Made by a program: the position numbers and the translations under genes. The notes below the pieces were generated by a model. The model was not told the origin of the DNA and did no database searches. It saw only the letters and a list, made by a program, of their open reading frames with translations. Below, in pieces: positions 16,894 through 27,594 of a stretch of DNA of 41,768 nucleotides (positions within the stretch are counted from its first letter, which is position 1; every line of letters starts with the position of its first letter). Source of the stretch: a virus (taxonomy: Duplodnaviria; Caudoviricetes); IMG/VR virus record IMGVR_UViG_3300034152_000303, positions 1-41,768 of that record; one strand, written 5' to 3'.

Positions 16894-17289
16894 CTATTTA
16901 CCGTCTTTACCAGTAAGCTTCTGAACTCCATAATAGCCGAAGTAGAAGACAGTGACCGTGATTGCAAGCCAGCCGATTTGAAAAGCGTTAATCACTTCAA
17001 CGGCTGCTTGCAATCTCTCCTTTAACTCAAACACAGCAAGGATGAGGCAGAGCATGAAAGCGAGTGTGAAGTTTGCAAAGATGATAACAGCAATCACCCT
17101 CCGACTAATAGCTCTTGGCATGAAGTTGTCATAGAGTTGTTGTAACATCCCCTTAATAAACTCTGCCTTCTCCTCTTGTGTGAAGAACGCGGCGTCAATC
17201 CCTGACATAATCCCATTTACTACCTTCGGAGCAGTTTCTACAATCGCATCTCCAGCTTTCTTGGCAGACAAAAATGAAAATAGTCCCAT
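16894..17289 (-). CDS. Holin (GTA 3TM-like)
   Basis: FTQEEK, SRRVIA, two or three TM segments, FYFG. Confidence 0.7.
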   Translation of the reverse strand: MGLFSFLSAKKAGDAIVETAPKVVNGIMSGIDAAFFTQEEKAEFIKGMLQQLYDNFMPRAISRRVIAVIIFANFTLAFMLCLILAVFELKERLQAAVEVINAFQIGWLAITVTVFYFGYYGVQKLTGKDGK

Positions 17290-17681
17290 CACCTATCTCC
17301 TTTCCGATTCATAGATATTTTAACAGCGGTTTCAATACTTCCCCTTAGTTCCCCCACTGCTGTACATAGTTGTTGTACTGCCATGTTTATACTTCTTACT
17401 TCCTCTCGCAGAAGTCCTTCAATAGTTGAAAATTTATTTCTCCCTTCTGCAAGCGATTCGTCAATACTCTTGTGTTTGGCAGAGCAACCTTCGTGAAAGC
17501 CTGATAAATCCCTTTTAACTTTATCAAGGCAATCATCAAGACTCTGCACCCTTGCCTCTTGTTTGTCCACTGCAGTTTTCACTTCTTTAACTCCCGAGTC
17601 TATCTTCTTAAGAAAGAGAGTTAGTAACCCGCAAGCTATGATGAAAATTGCTCCGGCCAACCAGTACCATACATCAGCCAT
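17289..17681 (-). CDS. N-terminal TM plus coiled-coil protein (holin-associated)
   Basis: WYWLAGAIFIIACGLLTLF followed by a coiled coil. Confidence 0.7.
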   Translation of the reverse strand: MADVWYWLAGAIFIIACGLLTLFLKKIDSGVKEVKTAVDKQEARVQSLDDCLDKVKRDLSGFHEGCSAKHKSIDESLAEGRNKFSTIEGLLREEVRSINMAVQQLCTAVGELRGSIETAVKISMNRKGDR

Positions 17682-17689
17682 TTTACCCC

Positions 17690-17722
17690 CCAGTAAAGTG
17701 TCAATTATTAATGACCTGCTGG
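17690..17722. promoter_or_regulatory. 33-bp palindrome, copy 5
   Basis: CCAGTAAAGTGTCAA-TTA-TTAATGACCTGCTGG; overlaps the stop of the 1646-aa gene and the next RBS. Confidence 0.65.
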
Positions 17723-20700
17723 AACTGAGAACAAGTACTTTAGCTTGCTATCTTTATATATATCAGGTATGTCATCTTCCGAGATCCTGAGCAGTTTGTA
17801 GGCTGTTTGAGGAATGGCCTGCTTCTTACCAAGCCAATCTTGCATAAACTCGCTGACCCAACCAACCTCTTGGCCTGCCCTATCTGAAGGATGCATGACT
17901 CCCATTAATACCTTATATCCAGCAGCTGTAAATGGACTAACTGCAAGTTGCGGTTTATCACCTCCGAATGTAGAGATGAAGGGAAGATGGAAAGTGTGCG
18001 GCATAAAATCTGCGTCCATGATACCACCCAGTCCCCACACTACCATACCTCCATACATGAACTCTCTAAAGAATTGCTTGGTAAATGGAGTTCCAAAGAA
18101 GTCCCTGCTCTGTGTCAATGCATCAGCGATTAGGTTCTGCTTTAGCAGACTCTCACCTTTAAAGATATAGTTCTTCAGGTCTCCCAGTTGTCTTAGAGTT
18201 TCTGGAATATCCTGTGCTTTAATAACACCAGCCGCTGTCTTCACATCTCTAAAGGCCTTAGATGCATTTACCAGCCGTCTCTCCAGAATCTTGAAAGGTG
18301 TATTCTGGAACAGAAGGACTGCTCTAATGACAGGGCTTCTCATCCAGGTAGGATTCAATCCCTGGCCAAGGAAGTTATTCTTTAGAATAGTGTCAAAGAT
18401 TCCATAGGTTGCCTGCTTAGCTGTCATACCTCTCTTACCAAGTGACATTCTTGCAGCCATGTCAAGAGCAGCTGTCATTGAATGTGCCCTGTCAAAGGCT
18501 TCAACAGCGCGGATCATAACAGATCCTTTTTCATTCAGTCTATAAAGACCTCTATCAAACATATCCCAGAAGCCAAATCCCCTTGGTGCTTCAAGCTCAA
18601 GGTCTGCAACAGTATTCAAGATTCGCCACTGGTGAGTATAGCTTCTTACATACTCATCCATGAACTTAGATCTTGTCTTTGTTCCAAGACCAAGCTTTCT
18701 CAAGCCTGACATGACCAGTCCATTCTGTACCTCTGGACTGTTCAAGTGGTTTCTTGCCGCCGTACTGAATGCTTCAGGTGCATGAGAGATAGCATTTCTG
18801 AATCCAAGCTGGCCCCATGTACCTATATTCTTGAATACGTGCTTGAAGGCGGTGGCTGGAGCAAAGCCGATAAGCAAGAAGGTTTCCAGTGCCGCATACC
18901 TATTAGCCCAGACGTTCCAGCCTGTCCTCTCATATGGAGTATATGCTTTATGCAGTCTTCTCCAAAAAGCAGATAGGGCTTCACTTCCCTGGACAATTGC
19001 ACTTTTACTGTGGTGGTACCAAGAATCTGGCCCTTTCTTTCCATCTGGGCCGAACCAGAATCTGGTCATTTGAATCCTGCGCTCTGCATCAGGTATGTAT
19101 CTATTCATAGTGTAGCCAATATCAGGAACCATCATCCTACTATACTTGGCTCTCTTGAATAGCTTTGTGAATGGAATGGCTGAGGTCATATCAAGTCCTA
19201 CTCTATCCATAACCTCTCCGGCCATCTTTTGTCTGTATTTTGGGTGGAAGGCATGATGAATAAAGGGCCTGTCTTCAATCACCTTATGACCAAGCTCAAG
19301 ATGTCTGATGGCATAGTCTTCCATCAAGTTCTTGATATGCCCAACAGCCATCTTTTCCTCGTAGGTTAACATCCCTTTCAGCCAGGGATACCACTTATAA
19401 TCTGCAGTGTCCTCAGCCGCCAAGGCCATTCTTGCAGAGGGATATTGCTTAGCCATAACCTTAGCTGTTGCTTCCCAGTCCCTATTGAAGGCTTCTACCT
19501 CTGGCTCAAGGGTCTTCAATTCATTCCTTAGCACCTGAATCTGAGATTCCGCATCAGCAATGGCTCTGTCCTCAGCCTCTAATACTTTAGGCCCAACCTT
19601 CTTACCAGATATATTTCTGTAGGATTCTTCGATATTATTCTTTAATTGATTAATCCTGACTTCAATTGTTCTGGCCGCCTGCACAGAACCGTATCTTTCT
19701 ACAAGCGGTTCAAAGGCTGCAGATATTTCCTTGCCTGCTGGCCTATAACCAGGGACTCCCTTCAAGATATTGCTTACAAGAGTTAATCCATTCTTGCTGT
19801 TGTTGCCCCAGGCTGTTTGTGCAGTGGCAAGTTGTACTGCTGGGCCGTATCCAGTTGTATAGAACATATTACTGAAGGTCGCCGGGTCAGTCCATCGATC
19901 AACAGAAAGCGGTAAGCGTTCCTTCCTGGCAACAACTTTCCCTATACTTCCTATATCTTCGATGATCATCTCGTCGACTCCCAGCTGTCTTTGCCATCTT
20001 CCTGGAACCTTCTGTCCCTGCTTTACGGTTTCCGCAGTCAGTTCAAGATCATCCATCTGCTTCAAGATATTCTTGATCTCTCCCTTTACTTCTGACCTCG
20101 AAGCTCTCTTGGCAAACACCCCCAGTACTCTTGGGACAGTCTTACCAACAGTATCCAGACCCGCAGCTTCAGCTTCTTGTGGAGAAAGTAGGGAGAGCAG
20201 GGGAACTGACATGACACCAGCAAGGATAAGCTTAGGCAAGTTCCCACCAGAGAAGAACTCCTTCAACTTAATGATACCCTCTGACTCTGTCTGAATTCCA
20301 GCATAACCTTCTGCCTTGGCCCAGTTCAGCATGAGCTCTCTGTCTTCAGGTGTTGCTTTTGCAAAGGTACCGAATCTTTTCTGAAGAGTATTCCATTCCT
20401 TGTCAAGGATATTCCTGACTTTCTCCGGAATAGCTTCCTTAGGTGCAGCACCGCCCTTCCAAAGTAGAAAGGCCTCAAGATCTGACTGCCTAAAGGATTC
20501 TCCAGCAGCTCTAACAGCTTTCTTAACCGCCTTACTTTCAAGCTGCTCAGCTATAAAGTCAAGGGTAAATAGCTCCTCTTCTGGAGCATTAACAAATTCT
20601 CTGATGCTTCTATCAGTAACTCCCTGCCCTCTTGCAATCGGTACTTCCGCAGGGAATCTTGTTTCTGGAACCAGCTCTTCACCAATACCAGCAATCTTCT

Positions 20701-22648
20701 TTGCCAGCTCATCATTGGGAGCGCCGGTATGCATAGCTTCGACCTGCTTGGCAGCTCTCCCCATTAGCATATTACCATGGACAACCTTTAATCTTTCCAG
20801 GTTTGTGAGCGTTCTGCCAAGGCGTTCTTCCTCTCCTGCAACCGCTTCTTCAGCCGTCTGTGCAAACGAAGTTTTAGTGCGAGCAGGCCGAGTTGTCGCT
20901 CCAGCTCGTGTAGCTTCTTCTCCAAAGGCTGTGAGGAGCTCTGGCTCTGGCTCAGGAGTTGCGAGAGCTTCTTTCTTGACTGTTTCAGCAATAGCAGTTC
21001 TTTCTGCGGCCCGCTCAGTGCGGACTTTCTGTGCCAGTCTAACAACCTTTTTACTATCGAATTCTGCAATTTGCTCAGGGGTGTATCCGGCACGCTGGAG
21101 AACCACTCTTGCCTTATCTGTTTTAGCAACTCTCTTTCCAGCTTTTTTCTTTCCAACCAGGACTTTACCATAGTCAATCTCCTCTTTGACTTTGACTGTG
21201 TCCTCGACAACTTCATCCCTATAGGTTTTGACAATTGCTTCATCCAGGTTGCCAGTCTTTGCACCTTCATCAAGTGCCTTTGCCGCGCCTTCGTCAGATA
21301 GCTTTGAGAAAGCCCGCTTTGGAGGAATATCAACCTTGATCTTTGGCAGTCCTCTTCTAATCTTCTGCATCCTGATCAAGTCATTGGCTTCTGGAGTGGG
21401 AATCATTCCTTTCCCTGATGTCTGAAGAACTCGTTTGGTAGCCTCAGCAGCTTTGACCGGAGATACTCCCTGCCTTGCAAGTTCCTCTTGTTGTGCAAGT
21501 GCTTCACCAACTCGCTTGCTTCTGATCTGGGACACAATATCAGCAAAGCCTTGCCTCGCTTCTTTCAGCCCAGGAGGAGCTGTTGCAGCATCAAGAGCAG
21601 ATACTGTAGCATCATAAGCGTCGCCCCTTTTCAGATTGTTAAGCGCCTTCTCCAGTGCTTCCTCAGCCAGTCTTTCCTCTCTTAAGGATTGACCAACCTT
21701 CACTGCATCCATCGCCCTACCAGTGATATGGAACCTTTCCAGACTCTCTGAGGTAACTCTTCCAGCTTCAGCGGCTCTCCTCAAGCCTGTACGAATCATT
21801 CTACTTGCGGCAGTACCAGATGCGAAAGCGGCAGCAACGTCAGCACCAAGCTCACCTACAAAGGCCTTGGCTTTCTCATAGCCAGAGTCAGAATATATCT
21901 TACTTCTATACCATTCTGATCCTCTAACAGCCCTTCTAACAGGATGAGCTACTGTTTCCAAGAGAACATTTATACCTGCACCAATTGCACCTGCAACAGG
22001 AGCAGCAGCACCGCCAGTTGTAAAGACGCTAATTCCTGCACCAACCCCAGCCCCAAAGAGTGCTGCAATCTTGTAGTCATCCATGTCAGCGAACCAGGCA
22101 TCTCCAGCAATCTCTTCGTCCTCGGCTCTCATGACAGATTCATGCCACAAGTCGTATCCAGGTAGCTTCCTATACGCCTCATCTTCACCAAACTCAAAGA
22201 GCTCAGCATCTCTTAGGCGTTTGTATTTAAAGGCCTCCGCAACCCTTGGAGATCCTGTCTCTCCAGGTTGAAGCAGAAGTTGCTGACTTGCTCTCTGTAA
22301 GATTTCGCCTGCCGTGACTCCCCTAAATTGAGGATCTGTCAAGGCCTGACTGTAGACAGTCTTCAGCTGGTGTGAATACCCTTTAAGAGGATGGTCATCT
22401 GGAATCGCAGCGTCAACTGCGTCAGCTTTGGATGTGTATTTAGTGAAGTCCTTCACCTGCTTTGTCATAGGTGAGAACTCCGCAGCAGCCATGGCGACCA
22501 CTTCATCCAGCTTCTTGGGATTACCAAGCAAGTCCTTCTTGTCCTGCTCGATCTTCCTTCTTGCTGCAATCTCTTGCGCTATAAGTGACCTTGCCAGACT
22601 GCTTTGTCCCAGCGCGCTCCGAATTACAGATTCAGATATAGAAGCCAT
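17708..22648 (-). CDS. Giant internal virion/ejection-type protein (1646 aa)
   Basis: Size, end of structural operon, helical composition, Gly/Ala-rich hydrophobic segments. Confidence 0.7.
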   Translation of the reverse strand: MASISESVIRSALGQSSLARSLIAQEIAARRKIEQDKKDLLGNPKKLDEVVAMAAAEFSPMTKQVKDFTKYTSKADAVDAAIPDDHPLKGYSHQLKTVYSQALTDPQFRGVTAGEILQRASQQLLLQPGETGSPRVAEAFKYKRLRDAELFEFGEDEAYRKLPGYDLWHESVMRAEDEEIAGDAWFADMDDYKIAALFGAGVGAGISVFTTGGAAAPVAGAIGAGINVLLETVAHPVRRAVRGSEWYRSKIYSDSGYEKAKAFVGELGADVAAAFASGTAASRMIRTGLRRAAEAGRVTSESLERFHITGRAMDAVKVGQSLREERLAEEALEKALNNLKRGDAYDATVSALDAATAPPGLKEARQGFADIVSQIRSKRVGEALAQQEELARQGVSPVKAAEATKRVLQTSGKGMIPTPEANDLIRMQKIRRGLPKIKVDIPPKRAFSKLSDEGAAKALDEGAKTGNLDEAIVKTYRDEVVEDTVKVKEEIDYGKVLVGKKKAGKRVAKTDKARVVLQRAGYTPEQIAEFDSKKVVRLAQKVRTERAAERTAIAETVKKEALATPEPEPELLTAFGEEATRAGATTRPARTKTSFAQTAEEAVAGEEERLGRTLTNLERLKVVHGNMLMGRAAKQVEAMHTGAPNDELAKKIAGIGEELVPETRFPAEVPIARGQGVTDRSIREFVNAPEEELFTLDFIAEQLESKAVKKAVRAAGESFRQSDLEAFLLWKGGAAPKEAIPEKVRNILDKEWNTLQKRFGTFAKATPEDRELMLNWAKAEGYAGIQTESEGIIKLKEFFSGGNLPKLILAGVMSVPLLSLLSPQEAEAAGLDTVGKTVPRVLGVFAKRASRSEVKGEIKNILKQMDDLELTAETVKQGQKVPGRWQRQLGVDEMIIEDIGSIGKVVARKERLPLSVDRWTDPATFSNMFYTTGYGPAVQLATAQTAWGNNSKNGLTLVSNILKGVPGYRPAGKEISAAFEPLVERYGSVQAARTIEVRINQLKNNIEESYRNISGKKVGPKVLEAEDRAIADAESQIQVLRNELKTLEPEVEAFNRDWEATAKVMAKQYPSARMALAAEDTADYKWYPWLKGMLTYEEKMAVGHIKNLMEDYAIRHLELGHKVIEDRPFIHHAFHPKYRQKMAGEVMDRVGLDMTSAIPFTKLFKRAKYSRMMVPDIGYTMNRYIPDAERRIQMTRFWFGPDGKKGPDSWYHHSKSAIVQGSEALSAFWRRLHKAYTPYERTGWNVWANRYAALETFLLIGFAPATAFKHVFKNIGTWGQLGFRNAISHAPEAFSTAARNHLNSPEVQNGLVMSGLRKLGLGTKTRSKFMDEYVRSYTHQWRILNTVADLELEAPRGFGFWDMFDRGLYRLNEKGSVMIRAVEAFDRAHSMTAALDMAARMSLGKRGMTAKQATYGIFDTILKNNFLGQGLNPTWMRSPVIRAVLLFQNTPFKILERRLVNASKAFRDVKTAAGVIKAQDIPETLRQLGDLKNYIFKGESLLKQNLIADALTQSRDFFGTPFTKQFFREFMYGGMVVWGLGGIMDADFMPHTFHLPFISTFGGDKPQLAVSPFTAAGYKVLMGVMHPSDRAGQEVGWVSEFMQDWLGKKQAIPQTAYKLLRISEDDIPDIYKDSKLKYLFSVPAGH

Positions 22649-23262
22649 TATGGGCCTACCTCCATCATTTCAAGAAGTTCAGTTGCTCGAGGAATTCTTC
22701 TCTTCTTTTCTGTTCCAAGGAAAGGGCCAGGAAAATGTGGCCTCATAATCATGGACAGCTCTCTTGGATCAATCCTTGGACTCTCTCCATAGAGTGGAAC
22801 CCTTCCATAGATGGTCTGCCTTGTTCCCACTGGGGTTCTTCCTGTAATTGGGGAAGTCGGAACCTGTCCTCTTGTAGCACCACCAGCAAGCGGGCCGGTA
22901 GCAAGATAGTCTCTTAAATAATCTGTCTCAAGAGCTCCCTGCTGAACCCTCTGCCGAAGAAGGGAAGGAACAAACCTTTGACCCATGCTCAAGTCAAAGC
23001 GTTGTTGTCTTAGACCCTGTTCACCTGTCAGGATTCTAAGTCCTTGCTCCGGTCTGTCATAAGCTTGCCTTGATCTTTCCAGATCCATGACTCCCTTATT
23101 TCTGAGGTTCTGCAGAGCAAGGTTTACTTCTTTCTCCAGGCCTGCCTCAACTCCAAGCTTCTCCAGCTCCTCTTCGAATTGTCTTGAGTGGAAAGCCTGT
23201 GCTCTTTCAGAAAAATCTCTGATCATAGAGCGCCTTCCACGCTCAAACTTTGTAGTTGCCAT
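22648..23262 (-). CDS. Putative internal virion protein
   Basis: SD AGGAG; Arg/Gly/Pro-rich; precedes the giant protein. Confidence 0.6.
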   Translation of the reverse strand: MATTKFERGRRSMIRDFSERAQAFHSRQFEEELEKLGVEAGLEKEVNLALQNLRNKGVMDLERSRQAYDRPEQGLRILTGEQGLRQQRFDLSMGQRFVPSLLRQRVQQGALETDYLRDYLATGPLAGGATRGQVPTSPITGRTPVGTRQTIYGRVPLYGESPRIDPRELSMIMRPHFPGPFLGTEKKRRIPRATELLEMMEVGP

Positions 23263-23273
23263 GTGCTTTCTCC

Positions 23274-24467
23274 TTATTCGTATGAATGCAGAAACTCGCT
23301 CGTTGATAGACTTTCACCGTATGATTCTGTGTCATTGTAGTTGACACCTGCACTCATCTGCCCATTGTAGCTGAAGCTCACGCCCGCATTGACTGCGCTC
23401 ATGGCACCAGCCGCAACCTGTGCTGAGACTCTTGCTGCCGCCTCAGCAACACTTGCTTCAAGCTGAGCAACGCCGAGGAACGCTTGTATTTCAGCATTGA
23501 CCTCTGCAATCTTGACGTCAGCTTCAGCTCTGACAACGTCCGCCTGGGCAGTAAAGATCGCTCCCTTTGCTTGTGCCTCCGCTCTATAAGCATCAGCCTG
23601 TGCCTGGAAAGCCTGCGCTTGACCAACATAAGCTTCCACCTGTCCCCTGATTAGGCCGATCATTGCCTGAATGTCAGCCACATAGATGTCGATTTCAGCC
23701 CTGGCACCTTCTACCTTAGCGCTGAATTCCCTGACCAGATTCTCAGCAGTAGTCGTCGCGATCTGCAGGTTCTTCAGCTCATTCCTCTGGTAGAACTCTC
23801 TTATCTGAGCGTCCAATACAATGGCTTGCTGAACAGTAAACTGTTGATTCTCATTAGCAAGCCTTGCCATCTCGATCATGACTTCAGCAGAGACGTAATC
23901 ATTTGCTCGACTGATTTCCTTGCTGATCTCAAGGAGTCTTCCAGAGAGCATACCAGGTGGCATGACCCAGTTTCTTGAAGCGAAATAATTCTCAGTTTCG
24001 TTGTAAAGGCGTACGTCCTCGGCTTCACGTCGAGAGATAGCTCTGTCGTAGATGGCTTGTTCCACGTCCGCAGAGAGTCCTGTTCCGCCTTCCGCCAGCA
24101 TATCTCTGACTTTTGCTTTGACTTCGTCTGATAATAGTTCTGCATAATCAACTCCTGTAAATGAAAAGATTCCCTCCGGGGGATTCAGTATGACAGTAGG
24201 TCGAGTCGGAGTGGTGTACGAGAGGGTGAACTCCCCCGGAGGTATAGCTTCAAACTCTCCAATTTCAATGTCATCTGGTAGCTCTCGCTCCAGGATGATT
24301 TCAGGTGGTGTCCAGTTGCTGGTGGTATTTAGCTGATTTAAGAAGGCAATGGTTTCATTCAGCATGGTTTGCGCCCAGTTCTGAGTAAACCTAAACTGAT
24401 CATCAACCATGTCCTCAGCTTCAGCAGCTGTACCTTCAATGTCATCTATGATAGAAGTTCTACTCAT
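23274..24467 (-). CDS. Virion structural protein with Ala/Gln-rich coiled coil
   Basis: GGTGL..VEQAIYDR, FASRNW.MPPG. Confidence 0.7.
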   Translation of the reverse strand: MSRTSIIDDIEGTAAEAEDMVDDQFRFTQNWAQTMLNETIAFLNQLNTTSNWTPPEIILERELPDDIEIGEFEAIPPGEFTLSYTTPTRPTVILNPPEGIFSFTGVDYAELLSDEVKAKVRDMLAEGGTGLSADVEQAIYDRAISRREAEDVRLYNETENYFASRNWVMPPGMLSGRLLEISKEISRANDYVSAEVMIEMARLANENQQFTVQQAIVLDAQIREFYQRNELKNLQIATTTAENLVREFSAKVEGARAEIDIYVADIQAMIGLIRGQVEAYVGQAQAFQAQADAYRAEAQAKGAIFTAQADVVRAEADVKIAEVNAEIQAFLGVAQLEASVAEAAARVSAQVAAGAMSAVNAGVSFSYNGQMSAGVNYNDTESYGESLSTSEFLHSYE

Positions 24468-24476
24468 TGCTTTCTC

Positions 24477-25685
24477 CTATGTTTGTATTGGAGGCAAGTA
24501 TCCTTGCCCCTGTGGACAGTGTGCGTAAGCATATGAGATGCCCAGAGGGAACGGCAAAGCTGCTGGTAGCCACTTCTGTACCAGTAGTGCCGTCGCGAAC
24601 TGGGCATTAATGTATTGCGGCTGAGCTGATGCAATAGCTCCATGCCATAAGCCATCACAAGCAAACAGCATGATGTTATCATAGTAAGCTGTAAGCCAAG
24701 CCTCCGGCATTCCATAGCTTGGGTCCCATAGCGCCTGTAGTTCATCAACCTCAGCCTGTGTCCAGTCAACATCAGGATCGTGCTCGTCTTCCCAATACTC
24801 CGGCTTTGCCCACTGATCCTGATAAGGACTGGAACAATACCAAGGCCAGCCTACCCAAATTCTGGCATAGAGTCCAACTGGCCCAGACGCCAGAACTGGA
24901 ATATCTTCTGGATCAGCCATATACAGTATACTATTCTCCCCTGTTAAGGTTGAGTCAGCAACGCCCACAGAATCATTAATACCCCGAGAGAGAAAACTCC
25001 CAACAAGATTATTAAATCTCCAGAGGCTTGTTGCCCCAGAATAAGTAACCGAAAGATCTTCCCACGGCTTAGTCCCTGGATTATACCAGTCATAATTCCT
25101 CTCAAGGTTCTTATACATCTGCTGCAATCTTAAAGGTGACTGAAGCTGTTCCAGTATCGTGTTAATATTTGACACTATACTGGCATTACCATAAGCATTT
25201 TGTATGACAACCTTAGAACCAACAACCTTTTCCTTCCACAGCAGAATGTCATCTACCTCCCTGGTAGTAAGTGCTCTTTGTGGACAGTGAATGTAAAGCA
25301 ACCTTCTATTAAACAGTTCATTCGTTGGCAGTACTGAAGCAGGAATAACTGTGCTTGCCCACCAGTTAGATAGGTTCGTAAACCAGATAGGCGGGTATGC
25401 CACTTGATCCGCAAGGCCAGTCCAGATTAGCGCATTCTCTGGAACCACCATTTCCTCAGCTTCTGGCCTCTTTTCTATTGCTCTTCCTACACCTGTAATC
25501 TCAACAGTGTCAAAGTTCCCGTGAGACCTAATCTTTAGAGTACTCCCGTCTTTCAGAGTAACAGAGTTTCTAAGAGATTCTAATTCCCCAGCCTTCATTA
25601 ACTCCCTGTGCCTAAACAAGAAGTATTTAGCCAGCGGAATCAGCTCCTGTGCTCTGTCAATATTTCCTCTTCTTACAAGTCTCAT
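24477..25685 (-). CDS. Putative tail protein
   Basis: ATGA coupling; tail-region context. Confidence 0.6.
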   Translation of the reverse strand: MRLVRRGNIDRAQELIPLAKYFLFRHRELMKAGELESLRNSVTLKDGSTLKIRSHGNFDTVEITGVGRAIEKRPEAEEMVVPENALIWTGLADQVAYPPIWFTNLSNWWASTVIPASVLPTNELFNRRLLYIHCPQRALTTREVDDILLWKEKVVGSKVVIQNAYGNASIVSNINTILEQLQSPLRLQQMYKNLERNYDWYNPGTKPWEDLSVTYSGATSLWRFNNLVGSFLSRGINDSVGVADSTLTGENSILYMADPEDIPVLASGPVGLYARIWVGWPWYCSSPYQDQWAKPEYWEDEHDPDVDWTQAEVDELQALWDPSYGMPEAWLTAYYDNIMLFACDGLWHGAIASAQPQYINAQFATALLVQKWLPAALPFPLGISYAYAHCPQGQGYLPPIQT

Positions 25686-26764
25686 ATGCCAGGTTCAAAA
25701 AATGAATCTCTAATATAACAGCTTACAAGACCATCTGCGGTACTGGCGAAGTAAATGCCATTATATAGAAATGGAGCAACTTCAATTATATCATGCTCTA
25801 TATGATGAACAAGAGCTCCTGTTGATACAAGATATATATCCAGTATATTTTGCGTGTTAGTTCTCTCCCAGACGAAAAGATATTCTACATTATAGAGTAG
25901 CGAGTATTCTGCTGAGTTGCTTTGGCTGTGTCCGACTATATACTCTGCTACTCTAACAACTGGAACCCCACCACTCTCATAAATATCCAAGAACGGTTGA
26001 TCACCTGCATCACTGTAGACATACAAACCAAGTCCTGCGTCATCTGCAGCTTTCTGTATATTTATAATAAAACGCCAGGTAAAATCATTAAAGGATTCTG
26101 CATGTGTATAGGCATAATCCCAGTAACTGTCGGTAGAATCAAAGTCAATACAATCCACACTCCACATAGAGATAGTGACACTATCTGCTGGCATAAAGAG
26201 GTCGTCCCAATCTCTAAAGTCCTGTAATGGAAGATCTCCTGCCAGGGCATACAGCTTCGGCAGTTTCTGAGCTAAGTATGGACTAAAGAAAGCGCTCCTT
26301 CCAGCTCGCTTCTGTCTAAGTGTTAGCTTAGCATCTATTGCATCAATAGAGAAGTCGCTTCCAGCTACGTTCTCCCACCTGATTCCGAAGTGTCTTCCTG
26401 ACAGCGCTCTACCAACTGGTACAACCATTCCTTCTGACTTCTGGCTGTCAGCAAATGGCTCAAGACTTCTGGCAATCCAGTTGCCTTCATCATCCCTGAC
26501 TTCTATAGATTGATTCCCACTTGCTTCAAATGATACAATGAGCTTGTCAATTCTCTTTTGCTGGCTAAAGCCGAAGTCAGTTCTTGGAAACTCGCACCAA
26601 GCAAAGATGTCTTCCCCATCATCTGTTTCCTGTGAGTCAAGGGTATAGATGCCAATACTATTAGCGCCCAGAATTGTGCCATCATCCAGCTTGCACAGGC
26701 TGTTGAAGTCAAGACCTACCTGGGTAGTTCCAACCCTGAAAGTATGTACCAGTCCTAATCCCAT
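25682..26764 (-). CDS. Putative tail protein (stabilisation-like N-terminus, beta-rich C-terminus)
   Basis: RTDFG..KR, VGRALSGRH, DFSIDAID. Confidence 0.6.
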   Translation of the reverse strand: MGLGLVHTFRVGTTQVGLDFNSLCKLDDGTILGANSIGIYTLDSQETDDGEDIFAWCEFPRTDFGFSQQKRIDKLIVSFEASGNQSIEVRDDEGNWIARSLEPFADSQKSEGMVVPVGRALSGRHFGIRWENVAGSDFSIDAIDAKLTLRQKRAGRSAFFSPYLAQKLPKLYALAGDLPLQDFRDWDDLFMPADSVTISMWSVDCIDFDSTDSYWDYAYTHAESFNDFTWRFIINIQKAADDAGLGLYVYSDAGDQPFLDIYESGGVPVVRVAEYIVGHSQSNSAEYSLLYNVEYLFVWERTNTQNILDIYLVSTGALVHHIEHDIIEVAPFLYNGIYFASTADGLVSCYIRDSFFEPGI

Positions 26765-26765
26765 A

Positions 26766-27593
26766 TTACCACCTGCTGTGTCTTAAGATGTAGTCGTCGA
26801 ATCTGTCGTCTGCAGTTCCATATCCATCAGCAATGAGAAATGGTAAGCTGCCAATAGCTGATCCCTCAGGGATAATATACCCTTCGGATTCACCTTGAAG
26901 CTCGACCCATATGAAATCAGCATCTCCCAACACTCCTGTAAGACCATGCGCAGATATTCTGATTTTAGGCCACGCCACCGCAAGAGTTGCGATCTTTCCA
27001 ACCCTCCCGTTTGCGCTTGCAGATAGTCGTGACAAAGTTGCTTGCCCAAAATAGTTACCATACGCAAGACACTGAAGGGATGGAAACGTGCCTTGTCCTG
27101 TCCAGGCATGTGCTCCTCGAGCATCGCATTCAAGTGTAGGAAAGTCGACAACAGCTTCGCTGATCCCAAGTGTTGCCAAGTATTGGCCTGCCGGGATGAG
27201 GACATATGCTGTACTTGTGAGATAAGCCCAAGCGTTGTCATAAACTCCATTTTCTTTTGCCAGTGGTAGGGCGTCAACATCTTCAATTACTCCCGCTGTT
27301 GCATCTAAGATTACCCACTCATTATCAAGCTCTCTTCTGTAAGCAACCCATGCATGACCTATACTATTATAATAGCCAAAATATGTTCTAAGTCTGTCAC
27401 CAGGAACTCCACCAGCTTGCAGTAAGGAATGCAGCAGCATGGCCATGTCTTCGCAGTCGCCTTGACCAGAATAAATTGTACCTACTGCGTCATACCAGTA
27501 ATCAACAACACCCCATCTTACACTATCTGAGGTGTAAATGATATTAGCTGTAATCCACGTAGTTGCTGCTGTAACCTTGTCTTTATCAGCCAT
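26766..27593 (-). CDS. Virion protein with transglutaminase-like cysteine proteinase domain and beta repeats
   Basis: DYW..GDCEDMA, GHAWV, WVILD (Cys-His-Asp triad). Confidence 0.8.
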   Translation of the reverse strand: MADKDKVTAATTWITANIIYTSDSVRWGVVDYWYDAVGTIYSGQGDCEDMAMLLHSLLQAGGVPGDRLRTYFGYYNSIGHAWVAYRRELDNEWVILDATAGVIEDVDALPLAKENGVYDNAWAYLTSTAYVLIPAGQYLATLGISEAVVDFPTLECDARGAHAWTGQGTFPSLQCLAYGNYFGQATLSRLSASANGRVGKIATLAVAWPKIRISAHGLTGVLGDADFIWVELQGESEGYIIPEGSAIGSLPFLIADGYGTADDRFDDYILRHSRW

Positions 27594-27594
27594 T

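Noticed and set aside
20400-21173. 257-aa + strand ORF
   Set aside because: Antisense shadow of the giant protein; Ser/Ala-rich with no recognisable motifs
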